The notes under the pieces were generated by a model. It did no database searches, was not told the origin of the DNA, and was given only the letters and a program-made list of their open reading frames with translations. From Fidelibacterota bacterium (lineage in GTDB: Bacteria > Fidelibacterota > JAANXI01): 17,341 nucleotides of DNA. The position numbers and the translations under genes are program-made. The stretch lies in assembly GCA_018263365.1 (NCBI GenBank), contig JAANXI010000075.1:1-17341 (forward strand). The letters are read 5' to 3'. Shown piece by piece: positions 7,504 through 15,952 of this stretch; positions within the stretch are counted from its first letter, which is position 1, and each line of letters begins with the position of its first letter.

Positions 7504-9280
7504 TTGTTCTCTGTTTGCGCAGGATAATTTGCCTGCACGACTGGCGGATCAATTGGAAACCGTTGCAGACGAAGCGACCGTCTCCTCGCTGTACGAGGAT
7601 TATGTCCATCTCCATAACTATCCCATCACATGGGAGGAACTCGACCGGAAAACAGTGAAGCAAATTCCGGCGCTGACAGCCAGGGAACGAACTACCCTCC
7701 TGGAAGTTCGGAAAAAGCATCCACATTTAGATGAATGGACGGTGGTCGGGAAAAAGTTGCCAGCCGAGGCCATTGAAATTCTGAAATACACCGTCCGGCT
7801 TTCCCATGAGCCTGCGGTAAGAGGACATCTTCGCTGGCGGGGCAAATCATCCCGGGTTGAGGATTATCAATCCTACACTCGCCTCCGCTTTGCAAAGAGC
7901 AATACAATCAATGGAAGCGTCGTAACCGAACGCGATCCGGGAGAGCAGTCTGCCACTGACCATCTTGCAGGTGGAGTGGAATTCAGCAATCTGCCTGGGA
8001 TAGACAAATTGATTCTGGGTCAATTTCGCCTGGGATACGGACTGGGAGTCTCTTTCGGACCGGCGATGGGGCTGGCGAAGTCGAGCAGTGCGGTGAGTAA
8101 CGTCGACCAGTCGTATATGCGCCTTCGCATCAACGATTCGAGCCTGGAATCGCTGGGATTTACCGGCGCAGCTGCCAGAACGCATTATGGGAACCATCAT
8201 ATCCAGGCCGCTGGTGCATATACATCGAAAGATGGCTCCTGGAATGGTGACGAAATTGTGATTTCACAATCCGGTTTACACCTGACGGAAGGGAGTTTGC
8301 AGAGAAAAGACAACATCATTGAGCGCCTGGGAAACGGTGCGTACTGGTATGCCGGGGATCAAATTGATATAGGGATGCAATATTCTCAAATCCGCCGCAA
8401 GCGCGGGTCTGATGATGCGTGGCTAGAAAAATTCGTGTTCGGTAGCGCGTGGTTTGAAACCGATCACCTGTCGCATGAAACCGGGATAGATTTGTCGGGA
8501 AATCGGGCGTATCTAACGACAGTGAGATCGGCTATCGATGCGGTGGAAGTTGCCGTTGCTCATCGCTGGTATGACCCGCAATACCATGCTCCGTACGCCA
8601 GCGGATTCGGCGAATACTCCGGCACATCCAACGAAACCGGCTGGTATGCCGGGATTCAAGTCGATACGGATGCTGTGCGATGGAGCGGTTATATAGACGT
8701 TTTTCATGAAATTACGAATACCAAATCCCCACCGAAGGAGGGGACAGAATGGTTGCTACGCGCGGATTGGCGTCCCCGCCCCCGGATGCAGCTGTCCGGT
8801 TCCGTGAAAAACGAAACCAAAGAAGTGTCTGCCACTGATGCTGCGGATGGGGTAGAATTCGAGTTCAACATTTTACGCTGGAAACAGGAATATCAGGGAC
8901 AATGGCGCTATCGCTGGGATTCCGGATTCACTGCCGATGTCCGAACAGAGTATGTGACCGTGCACTATCCGGATCGTAGGTATACCGGAAATCAATGGGC
9001 GTATAAATTGACTTTTCCCATCCGTGCCCGGGATCGGCTCCAGGTTTTTCTGGTACCATACGATGTCGAGTCCAGCGATGCCTCGACTTATTATTTCGTG
9101 ATGCCGGTGACCGGGACGATGCAGCTGTTGCGGCAAACCGGCGCTGGCATGATAACCGGTGGGCAGATTCGGATGAATTTTTCCGAATCCGCGGAAATGA
9201 CCATTTTTTATTTGCAACGCCGCGCAGATAACTCAAAATTATCACATTCCGTAGCAGCGCAAATGGATATTGCTTTCTAA
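7430..9280 (+). CDS. Uncharacterised predicted outer-membrane protein: degenerate ComEA-like helix-hairpin-helix N-domain plus a large beta-barrel (616 aa)
   Basis: Signal peptide: MSNTRRQYIRCCLLPIVLVCCLVSDCSLFA/Q. Residues ~64-115 (ITWEELDRKTVKQIPALTARERTTLLEVRKKHPHLDEWTVVGKKLPAEAIEILKYTV) follow the ComEA/HhH spacing but lack the GIG hairpin. The remainder is rich in G, Y, W and R and strand-like (GQFRLGYGLGVSFG, GWYAGIQVD, WLLRADWRP). The C-terminus AAQMDIAF is a beta-signal. The gene overlaps the preceding one by 74 nt in another frame. Confidence 0.68.
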   Translation: MSNTRRQYIRCCLLPIVLVCCLVSDCSLFAQDNLPARLADQLETVADEATVSSLYEDYVHLHNYPITWEELDRKTVKQIPALTARERTTLLEVRKKHPHLDEWTVVGKKLPAEAIEILKYTVRLSHEPAVRGHLRWRGKSSRVEDYQSYTRLRFAKSNTINGSVVTERDPGEQSATDHLAGGVEFSNLPGIDKLILGQFRLGYGLGVSFGPAMGLAKSSSAVSNVDQSYMRLRINDSSLESLGFTGAAARTHYGNHHIQAAGAYTSKDGSWNGDEIVISQSGLHLTEGSLQRKDNIIERLGNGAYWYAGDQIDIGMQYSQIRRKRGSDDAWLEKFVFGSAWFETDHLSHETGIDLSGNRAYLTTVRSAIDAVEVAVAHRWYDPQYHAPYASGFGEYSGTSNETGWYAGIQVDTDAVRWSGYIDVFHEITNTKSPPKEGTEWLLRADWRPRPRMQLSGSVKNETKEVSATDAADGVEFEFNILRWKQEYQGQWRYRWDSGFTADVRTEYVTVHYPDRRYTGNQWAYKLTFPIRARDRLQVFLVPYDVESSDASTYYFVMPVTGTMQLLRQTGAGMITGGQIRMNFSESAEMTIFYLQRRADNSKLSHSVAAQMDIAF

Positions 9281-9286
9281 CTTGCT

Positions 9287-10813
9287 ATGGTATATATTCA
9301 TAAGAACTTATCGCATATGCTTAAGAAACTACTTCAAGTCATCGGTTTGGGAGTGTTACTTGGGTTTCTCGTGAATCCACAGGGAAACTTCGCCCAAAAG
9401 TCGCCGGGCGCTCAAACCGTGCGTGACTTTCAGACCATCAACAACATCAAATACCTCTCCGCTTCGAGATTCGCGGATGTTTTTAAGGTCAAAACCTATT
9501 ACAATCCGCAATCCCAGAAGATGATCCTTTATCTGCCGGAGCAGCGCCTGAAGTTTTCGGCGTTTAGCTCATACATTATGATTAACTCGGAGATATATCA
9601 TCTTCCGAATCTGGTCTTGCCAACAGACGGTGATTTGTTGATACCGGTAGCTTCGTTTACGCACATTATTCAGCCGCATCTTGGTATAACAATGCAGTAT
9701 GATGCCTCGGTTCCGAATCTCAGTGTAAATTATGAGCCGGTGAATATTACCGATCTGATCGTGGAGGAAAAGAAAAACGGCACGCTCATCCGCTTCCCGG
9801 TTACCCGGAAATTCCGGGAAACGGAGTATAAAGCCTGGCAGGGGAATGCCGGATGGTTTTATCTGACGGTCGCGGGGGGTTACATCAATGAAAAACGATT
9901 ATCGAAGGTTACCCCCAATGGGGTGATCCGAAAGATCGTGCCCATCCAGATGGATGGCTCCGTCCAGTTTTCGTTCCGGTTGCGGGAGCGCATCGAGGAC
10001 TATGAGGCCTACCAGAACTCCAATCCCCGGGAAATTGTCGTTAGTCTGCGAAGTCCTGCGTTTAACGGTTCGGTTGAGCTGAATGAAGCGCGGGATCGCT
10101 GGAAACTGGATCGCATCGTGCTGGATCCGGGCCATGGCGGGAAAGATCCCGGAGCGATTGGGTATGCCGGACTCCAGGAAAAAGATGTCGTGCTGGATGT
10201 AACTAAGCGGGTCGGCCGCCTGATTGAAAAAGAATTTCCGGATGTCGAGGTTATTTACACCAGAAAAACAGATAAATTCATCCCTCTCCGGGATCGGGCC
10301 CGGGTTGCCAACGAACAGAACGGCAAGCTTTTCATCAGTATCCACGCGAACAGTAACAAAAACAAAAGCGTGCGCGGATTCGAGACATATTTGCTTCGCC
10401 CCGGAAAGACCGAAGATGCCGTCGATGTGGCTGAGCGGGAAAATTCGGTGATCAAATTTGAGGAATCCACCGAGTATTACAAGCAGTATGACAATGAGCA
10501 GCTGATCCTGGCTACTATGGCCCAAAGCGCCTTTATGAAGGAGAGCGAAGATTTCGCCAGTCTTGTACAGCAGGGATTGAGCAGCGAGGTGCCCAGCCGG
10601 AGTCGCGGCGTAAAACAGGCCGGATTTTATGTGTTGGTCGGAGCCTCAATGCCGAACATTTTGGTGGAAACCGGATTTGTTTCCAATACGAGGGAAGGCA
10701 AAAATCTTGGTTGGGCTGAGTATCGGCAAAAAATTGCGGAAGGCATCTTTGAAGGGATTAAGGATTTCAAGTTGAAATACGACCAACAGGTCGTGGATCA
10801 AGCGTCCCTGTGA
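9287..10813 (+). CDS. N-acetylmuramoyl-L-alanine amidase (AMIN domain + Amidase_3; AmiB/AmiC-like)
   Basis: Catalytic domain motifs: IVLDPGHGGKDPGA, LFISIHANS, RGFETYLL, and KQAGFYVLVGASMPNILVETGFVSN. An AMIN-like domain lies upstream (ITDLIVEEKKNGTLIRFPV...WFYLTVAGG...VQFSFRL...REIVVSL). There is an N-terminal signal sequence. The start may be the ATG at 9317 (MLKKLLQVIGLGVLLGF) rather than 9287. Confidence 0.92.
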   Translation: MVYIHKNLSHMLKKLLQVIGLGVLLGFLVNPQGNFAQKSPGAQTVRDFQTINNIKYLSASRFADVFKVKTYYNPQSQKMILYLPEQRLKFSAFSSYIMINSEIYHLPNLVLPTDGDLLIPVASFTHIIQPHLGITMQYDASVPNLSVNYEPVNITDLIVEEKKNGTLIRFPVTRKFRETEYKAWQGNAGWFYLTVAGGYINEKRLSKVTPNGVIRKIVPIQMDGSVQFSFRLRERIEDYEAYQNSNPREIVVSLRSPAFNGSVELNEARDRWKLDRIVLDPGHGGKDPGAIGYAGLQEKDVVLDVTKRVGRLIEKEFPDVEVIYTRKTDKFIPLRDRARVANEQNGKLFISIHANSNKNKSVRGFETYLLRPGKTEDAVDVAERENSVIKFEESTEYYKQYDNEQLILATMAQSAFMKESEDFASLVQQGLSSEVPSRSRGVKQAGFYVLVGASMPNILVETGFVSNTREGKNLGWAEYRQKIAEGIFEGIKDFKLKYDQQVVDQASL

Positions 10814-11655
10814 GCACACCCAAATCAGTAGCGCCGCTGGGCGTGTTCGATTCCGGCCTTGGCGGTCTTACCGTTGTTCGGCAAATCCAGAAAGTGTATC
10901 CGCATCTTTCCATCATTTATTACGGCGATACGGCGCGTGTGCCGTACGGTACCAAAAGCCCGCAGACCGTCACGCATTTCTCCCGGCAGATTATCGAATT
11001 CCTGATTGCGCAGGATATTCAGGCGATTATGGTAGCGTGTAATACGGCCTCCGCAACTGCGGTGCCTGTGCTCAAAGATGAGTACCCTGTTCCGATTCAC
11101 GGCGTGGTTGAGCCCGGTGCGAAAGCCGCGTTTCACGCTACACAGACCGGGAAAATCGGCGTCATCGGGACGAATTCAACCATTCGCTCCAGCGTATATA
11201 AATCCGCATTGAAACGTTTGGATGAATCCCTCGAGGTTACGGTACAGCCCTGCCCGCTCTTTGTACCGATTGTGGAGGAGGGTTGGGAGACCCACCAGGT
11301 TGCGGAAATCACCGTTAGGGAGTACCTGGCTCAGATGATCGAGCAGAAAATTGATACGCTGATTCTGGGCTGTACGCACTATCCGCTGCTGAGCGAAACG
11401 CTCCGCAAAGTGTTACCGGATTCTATCACTATTATCGACAGCGGCGTTGCCGCAGCCAACGCGGTGGAAAATATTGTTGAATCCCCAATGGAAGTTATTC
11501 CTAAGTACAAATATTACGTGAGTGATACCCCGGAACGTTTTTCGGAGATCGGTACACGGTTTTTGGGGCATCCGATGGAGAATGTCTACTACTTTGATGT
11601 GGACCGCCCGTGGACTGCGGCCGATATTCAGTCCGCACCAAAAGTGACGCCATGA
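10810..11655 (+). CDS. murI: Glutamate racemase
   Basis: Motifs: GVFDSGLGGLTV, YYGDTARVPYGTKS, VACNTASA, LGCTHYPLL. The GTG start overlaps the amidase stop (GTGA, 4-nt overlap). Confidence 0.95.
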   Translation: MSTPKSVAPLGVFDSGLGGLTVVRQIQKVYPHLSIIYYGDTARVPYGTKSPQTVTHFSRQIIEFLIAQDIQAIMVACNTASATAVPVLKDEYPVPIHGVVEPGAKAAFHATQTGKIGVIGTNSTIRSSVYKSALKRLDESLEVTVQPCPLFVPIVEEGWETHQVAEITVREYLAQMIEQKIDTLILGCTHYPLLSETLRKVLPDSITIIDSGVAAANAVENIVESPMEVIPKYKYYVSDTPERFSEIGTRFLGHPMENVYYFDVDRPWTAADIQSAPKVTP

Positions 11656-12923
11656 GCGAATATCAGAATACGCTGCAGTATCTTTTCAACCTTCAAAATC
11701 GCGGGATCAAACTGAGTCTTGATCGGGTCCTCTTGTTCCGGAAGGCACTCGGTTTTCCCGATCGGGCATTTGACAGCTTTCACATCGCCGGGACAAACGG
11801 TAAGGGATCAACGGCCCACTTCCTGGATGCCATGCTGCGGACTGCGCCGATAAAGGTGGGGTTGTACACTTCGCCTCATCTGGTACGGTTCAATGAGCGC
11901 ATTCGTGTGAACGGCGCTACAATCCCGGATGATTTTATTGTGAGATTTACCCGGCAATGGCGGGATTTTATTGACGAATACGAATTGACCTTCTTTGAGA
12001 CGACCACGCTCATGGCCTTGGATTATTTCCGGGAGCAGGAAGTAGACGTGGCCATACTCGAAACAGGTCTCGGCGGGCGGCTGGATGCCACGAACATTGT
12101 TACGCCGATTGTTTCTCTTATCACTTCCATCGGGCTGGAGCATACGGATATGTTGGGGGAGACGATAGCTGATATTGCCCGGGAAAAAGCCGGAATCATG
12201 AACCCGAATGTCCCTTGTGTTATCGGAACCATGCCCCCGGAAGCCGCACTTGTGATGGCGGAACGGGCGGGGGAACTTACCTTGCAACTCATTTCGGCAA
12301 TCAATCTGCTGCATCCGTCGAATATCAGTGTCATCCCTGACCACGGAACAAAATTTGATCTGATGGTAAAGGGCGAAAAGCACCACCTTCGGCTGAACAT
12401 GGTGGGCCGACAGGCGGCAATGAACGCCGCGTATGCTGTCGCTGCCTTGGAGGTTCAGGATCACTACGCTCTTGATTGGCCGGAGCAAAAAAGAGCCGTT
12501 GAACAGGTGACAATCCCCGGGCGTCTCCAGAGGCTTCAGGAGTCTCCTGCGGTGTATTATGATGTCGCTCATAATTACGACGGCTTTGTCCAGCTGATGC
12601 AAAATCTGCGGGCCCTTCATCCTGAGCGCGATTTTCGGTTTTTGCTCAGTCTGAGTGAATTGAAGGATATTTCCCGTCTGCACGAAGCGTTGCCAGCGGA
12701 GGCATCGCTGGGAATTATGACGATCGACGATATGCCAATGCACGGTCTGGCAGCTTGGGAAAAGGCCTTGCCCGCTCGCGAAATATCGGATTACGGCCGC
12801 AATGCAGAAGCGGGAAAACAGTGGCGATCAGACCTGAGGAATTCGGACATTGGAATCATCGCCGGGAGTCACTACATTGCGCGATATGTTTACGAGGGTT
12901 TTAACTTTTCCCTTGACTCATAA
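11652..12923 (+). CDS. folC: Bifunctional folylpolyglutamate synthase / dihydrofolate synthase
   Basis: Motifs: HIAGTNGKGST, GLYTSPHLVRFNERIRVNG, and ETGLGGRLDATN...SIGLEHTDMLG...IAREKAGI. The start was trimmed to the ATG at 11652, which overlaps the murI stop (ATGA). The product then begins MSEYQNTLQYLFNL. Confidence 0.93.
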   Translation: MSEYQNTLQYLFNLQNRGIKLSLDRVLLFRKALGFPDRAFDSFHIAGTNGKGSTAHFLDAMLRTAPIKVGLYTSPHLVRFNERIRVNGATIPDDFIVRFTRQWRDFIDEYELTFFETTTLMALDYFREQEVDVAILETGLGGRLDATNIVTPIVSLITSIGLEHTDMLGETIADIAREKAGIMNPNVPCVIGTMPPEAALVMAERAGELTLQLISAINLLHPSNISVIPDHGTKFDLMVKGEKHHLRLNMVGRQAAMNAAYAVAALEVQDHYALDWPEQKRAVEQVTIPGRLQRLQESPAVYYDVAHNYDGFVQLMQNLRALHPERDFRFLLSLSELKDISRLHEALPAEASLGIMTIDDMPMHGLAAWEKALPAREISDYGRNAEAGKQWRSDLRNSDIGIIAGSHYIARYVYEGFNFSLDS

Positions 12924-12940
12924 CACTGATGTTTTAAATT
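12913..12940 (+). promoter_or_regulatory. Possible sigma70 promoter for rho (TTGACT-16 nt-TAAATT)
   Basis: TTGACT at 12913-12918 lies within the last codons of folC. A 16-nt spacer follows, then TAAATT at 12935-12940. This would give a ~110-nt A/C-rich leader before the rho ATG at 13060. It is a motif match only. Confidence 0.3.
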
Positions 12941-13059
12941 CTTTTCACCAAGCATCCAGATGATTTGTATAAAAAGACAGAATCGTAACTAAAAATCGCC
13001 AACCACCGCAAGAGTTCATTTTCCGATAAATACCAAAAACTCCTAAAAACGGTAAAACC

Positions 13060-14325
13060 ATGAGTGCTACGAAGAGATTAGACATTAACGATCTGCAATC
13101 GATGAATATCAAAGAGCTTACGAAAATGGCTCAGGATTTGCAGATCCCCGGGTATTCCGGACTGAAGAAACAAAATTTGATTTTCAAGATCCTGGAGGCA
13201 CAGGCGGAACAGGAAGGCCTGATTTTTTCCAAAGGGGTGCTGGAAATTCTGGAAGACGGCTACGGATTTTTGCGGTCTCCCGATTACAATTATACCCCCG
13301 GCCCGGACGATATTTACATTTCCCCGTCGCAGATTAAGCGTTTTGGCCTGCAAACAGGTCACGTGGTGTCCGGACAGATTCGGCCCCCCAAGGATGATGA
13401 GCGCTTCTTTGCGCTGCTGCGGGTAGAGGCGATCAACTTTATGCGGCCCGATGAGATTAAAAATGTGGTGCTGTTCGATAATCTCACGCCGCTCTATCCA
13501 GAGGAACGTTTTCAGTTGGAGCATGATCCCAAGGATTATTCCACACGGATCGTCGACCTGATTTCGCCGGTTGGCAAGGGCCAGCGTGGTTTGATCGTGG
13601 CTCAACCCAAAACCGGAAAAACCATTCTGCTGCAGAAATTGGCGAATGCCATTCTTACGAACCACCCGGAATCGACACTGATTGTACTGCTTATCGATGA
13701 GCGGCCGGAAGAGGTCACGGATATGCAACGCTCAGTGGATGCGGAAGTGGTCAGTTCGACATTTGATGAGCCACCGGACCGACACGTACAGGTCGCCAAC
13801 ATGATTCTGGAAAAAGCGAAGCGTATGGTCGAATTCGGCGAGGATGTGGTGATTCTGCTGGATAGTATTACCCGGTTGGCCCGTGCTCATAACGCGGTCA
13901 TCCCGCACTCCGGCCGTATTTTGTCCGGTGGTCTGGATTCCAATGCACTCCACAAACCGAAGCGCTTTTTCGGGGCCGCGCGGAACGTGGAAGAGGGCGG
14001 CAGTTTAACCATTATCGCCACGGCACTGGTTGAAACCGGCAGCCGGATGGATGACGTGATCTTTGAAGAGTTTAAAGGCACGGGTAACATGGAGCTCGTA
14101 CTTGATCGCGAACTCAGTGACCGCCGCACCTTCCCGGCCATCGATATTGACCGTACCGGTACGCGCCGCGAAGAACTGTTGCTGAGCGAAACGGAACTGG
14201 CCCGCGTCTGGATCCTGCGGAAATTCCTGCAGAATATGTCCGTAGTCGAATCTATGGAATTCGTGCTGGACAAAATGAAGGGTACGAAGAACAACGACGA
14301 ATTCCTCAAGTCAATGAATCAATAA
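13060..14325 (+). CDS. rho: Transcription termination factor Rho
   Basis: 421 aa. The N-terminal domain is present ([78 protein letters not shown]), along with Walker A (AQPKTGKT), [13 protein letters not shown] and ITRLARAHN. Confidence 0.97.
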   Translation: MSATKRLDINDLQSMNIKELTKMAQDLQIPGYSGLKKQNLIFKILEAQAEQEGLIFSKGVLEILEDGYGFLRSPDYNYTPGPDDIYISPSQIKRFGLQTGHVVSGQIRPPKDDERFFALLRVEAINFMRPDEIKNVVLFDNLTPLYPEERFQLEHDPKDYSTRIVDLISPVGKGQRGLIVAQPKTGKTILLQKLANAILTNHPESTLIVLLIDERPEEVTDMQRSVDAEVVSSTFDEPPDRHVQVANMILEKAKRMVEFGEDVVILLDSITRLARAHNAVIPHSGRILSGGLDSNALHKPKRFFGAARNVEEGGSLTIIATALVETGSRMDDVIFEEFKGTGNMELVLDRELSDRRTFPAIDIDRTGTRREELLLSETELARVWILRKFLQNMSVVESMEFVLDKMKGTKNNDEFLKSMNQ

Positions 14326-14337
14326 CTTTGGTGTACC

Positions 14338-14359
14338 GGGCTCAGAACGTTCTGGGCCC
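14338..14359 (+). terminator. 22-nt palindrome / hairpin 13 nt downstream of the rho stop (possible terminator or operator)
   Basis: GGGCTCAGAACGTTCTGGGCCC pairs at 10 of 11 positions as DNA; the remaining position (42/55) is a G-U wobble in RNA. There is no adjacent U-tract, and the nearest T-rich run is ~50 nt downstream. It is therefore not a textbook intrinsic terminator. Confidence 0.35.
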
Positions 14360-14494
14360 AGTGCGGAGTTATTGTCCGATTTCCAGTTTCCTGAATAGTC
14401 CTGTACCTCTGATTTTTCTTTTTCGGTTTTCATACTTGATATTCAATAGAGGTGAAACGAACTTTAGCAATCTATGCCGAAACAGGAGGGAACC

Positions 14495-15682
14495 ATGAAA
14501 TTTGCACCGCGAATTGATCGCGTTCAACCGTCAATGACAATGGCTGTCATTGAAAAAGCTGCAACCCTGCGTGCGCAGGGTATCGATGTGGTGGATTTTG
14601 GCGCCGGTGAGCCGGATTACGGCACTCCGGAGAATATCCGCGATGCCGCCAAACGGGCACTAGATGCCGGATACACCCGTTACACTAAGAACACGGGAAT
14701 CGATCCATTGCGCGAAGCCATTTGTGTTAAACTCAAACGGGATAACGGTCTCGAGTATTCCCCGGATCAGATTATCGTATCCAACGGAGCCAAGCACGTC
14801 TTGTTCAACACAATGATGGCCACGCTGGGGGAGGGCGACGAGATCATCATTTTTTCGCCGTACTGGGTAACCTTTCCGGAGATGGCCAAACTCACCGGCG
14901 CAAATCCGGTGATCATCCGGACCACCGAAGCCAATTGTTTCGAACCGTCCCTGGATGAGGTTCGCAAGCATATTACCGAAAATACCCGCGCCATTCTGAT
15001 GAATTCGCCATCCAATCCCAGCGGCATGGTGTATTCTGAGGAGACCATCGCCGGACTTGCCGATATCTGCATAAAAAATGAACTCTATCTGATCTCTGAC
15101 GAATGTTATGAGAGCATTACCTATGGCGCTGAGGCCATTTCGCCGGCGCGGTATGAGGATGAATCGAAATTTGTGGTTACTGTCCAGTCGATGTCGAAAT
15201 CCTATGCGATGACTGGTTGGCGGGTCGGCTACGCAGCCGGAAACAAGGCACTCATAGGCAACATGGCGAAGATCCAGAGCCAAAGCGCATCCCATGCCAA
15301 CTCCATCGCTCAACATGCCGCAGTGGAAGGCCTGAACGGCGATCAGTCATTTTTGAAATCAATGGTAGCCGAATATGAAAAACGCCGTGATTATGTGCTG
15401 GGCCGGTTGAACGATATGCCGGGTATCACCAGCGGAAAACCGGAAGGCGCTTTTTATGCGTTTCCCAACGTCAGCAGTTATTATGGAAGTTCCTATGACG
15501 GCAAGAAGATCACCGACTCCGGAAGCATTACGGATTTCATTTTGGAAGAAGCCAACGTGGCAGTGGTGCCTGGCGGAGGCTTTGGCAACGACGAAAATAT
15601 TCGCATCAGCTATGCAACATCCATGGAGGAACTTGAACGGGGACTCGATCGTATTGAGTCTGCGCTGCAAAAATTGAATTAA
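14495..15682 (+). CDS. aspC: Aspartate aminotransferase (class I PLP-dependent aminotransferase, subgroup Ib-like)
   Basis: It resembles remembered Thermus-type AspAT throughout: GEPDYGTPENI, YTKNTGI, NGAKHVLF, SPYWVTFPEM, NSPSNPSGMVY, and the PLP lysine motif SMSKSYAMTGWRVGY, then IRISYATS. The start was trimmed to the ATG at 14495, preceded by AGGAGG (14484-14489). Confidence 0.9.
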   Translation: MKFAPRIDRVQPSMTMAVIEKAATLRAQGIDVVDFGAGEPDYGTPENIRDAAKRALDAGYTRYTKNTGIDPLREAICVKLKRDNGLEYSPDQIIVSNGAKHVLFNTMMATLGEGDEIIIFSPYWVTFPEMAKLTGANPVIIRTTEANCFEPSLDEVRKHITENTRAILMNSPSNPSGMVYSEETIAGLADICIKNELYLISDECYESITYGAEAISPARYEDESKFVVTVQSMSKSYAMTGWRVGYAAGNKALIGNMAKIQSQSASHANSIAQHAAVEGLNGDQSFLKSMVAEYEKRRDYVLGRLNDMPGITSGKPEGAFYAFPNVSSYYGSSYDGKKITDSGSITDFILEEANVAVVPGGGFGNDENIRISYATSMEELERGLDRIESALQKLN

Positions 15683-15703
15683 GGAAGAAGAAGGAGTAAC
15701 AGA

Positions 15704-15952
15704 ATGAAAAAAGGTATTCATCCCGAATACAAAATGGTAACTGTCACCTGTTCATGCGGAAACACGTTCGAAACCCGCTCCGCATCCGGTGATCTGAAAG
15801 TGGAACTTTGCTCGGAATGTCATCCGTTTTTCACCGGAAAGCAGAAGATGATCGACTCCGCCGGACGTATTGATAAGTTCCGCGCACGCTACGGTGAAAA
15901 AGACGATAAGAAGAAGGATAAGGAAGCAGAAAAGGAAACCGCAGAGGAGTAA
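15704..15952 (+). CDS. rpmE: 50S ribosomal protein L31, zinc-binding type A, with a charged C-terminal extension
   Basis: [26 protein letters not shown]...[13 protein letters not shown]...[11 protein letters not shown]. All four Cys are present (CSC and CSEC). AAGGAG lies upstream. The tail [18 protein letters not shown] extends beyond the usual ~70-aa length. Confidence 0.95.
   Translation: MKKGIHPEYKMVTVTCSCGNTFETRSASGDLKVELCSECHPFFTGKQKMIDSAGRIDKFRARYGEKDDKKKDKEAEKETAEE

Noticed and set aside
9899-10525. 208-aa ORF antisense to the amidase gene
   Set aside because: It is a shadow ORF opposite the conserved Amidase_3 catalytic domain, with no motifs of its own.
11808-12743. 311-aa ORF antisense to folC
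   Set aside because: It lies fully inside a confidently identified gene on the other strand. It is rich in R, H, C and Q, has no recognisable motifs and no SD. This is a typical shadow ORF. The same reasoning applies to the nested 12023-12400 and 12331-12513 ORFs.
13078-13728. 216-aa ORF antisense to rho
   Set aside because: It is a shadow ORF opposite a highly conserved gene, with no recognisable domain. The 13887-14309 antisense ORF is rejected for the same reason.
14311-14433. 40-codon - strand ORF ([40 protein letters not shown]) spanning the rho-aminotransferase gap
   Set aside because: There is no SD. It overlaps the rho 3' end and the palindrome, its composition looks hydrophilic and disordered, and it is below any length at which I could support it without conservation data.
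14660-15316. 218-aa ORF antisense to the aminotransferase gene
   Set aside because: It is a shadow ORF with a low-complexity composition rich in G, R and H.
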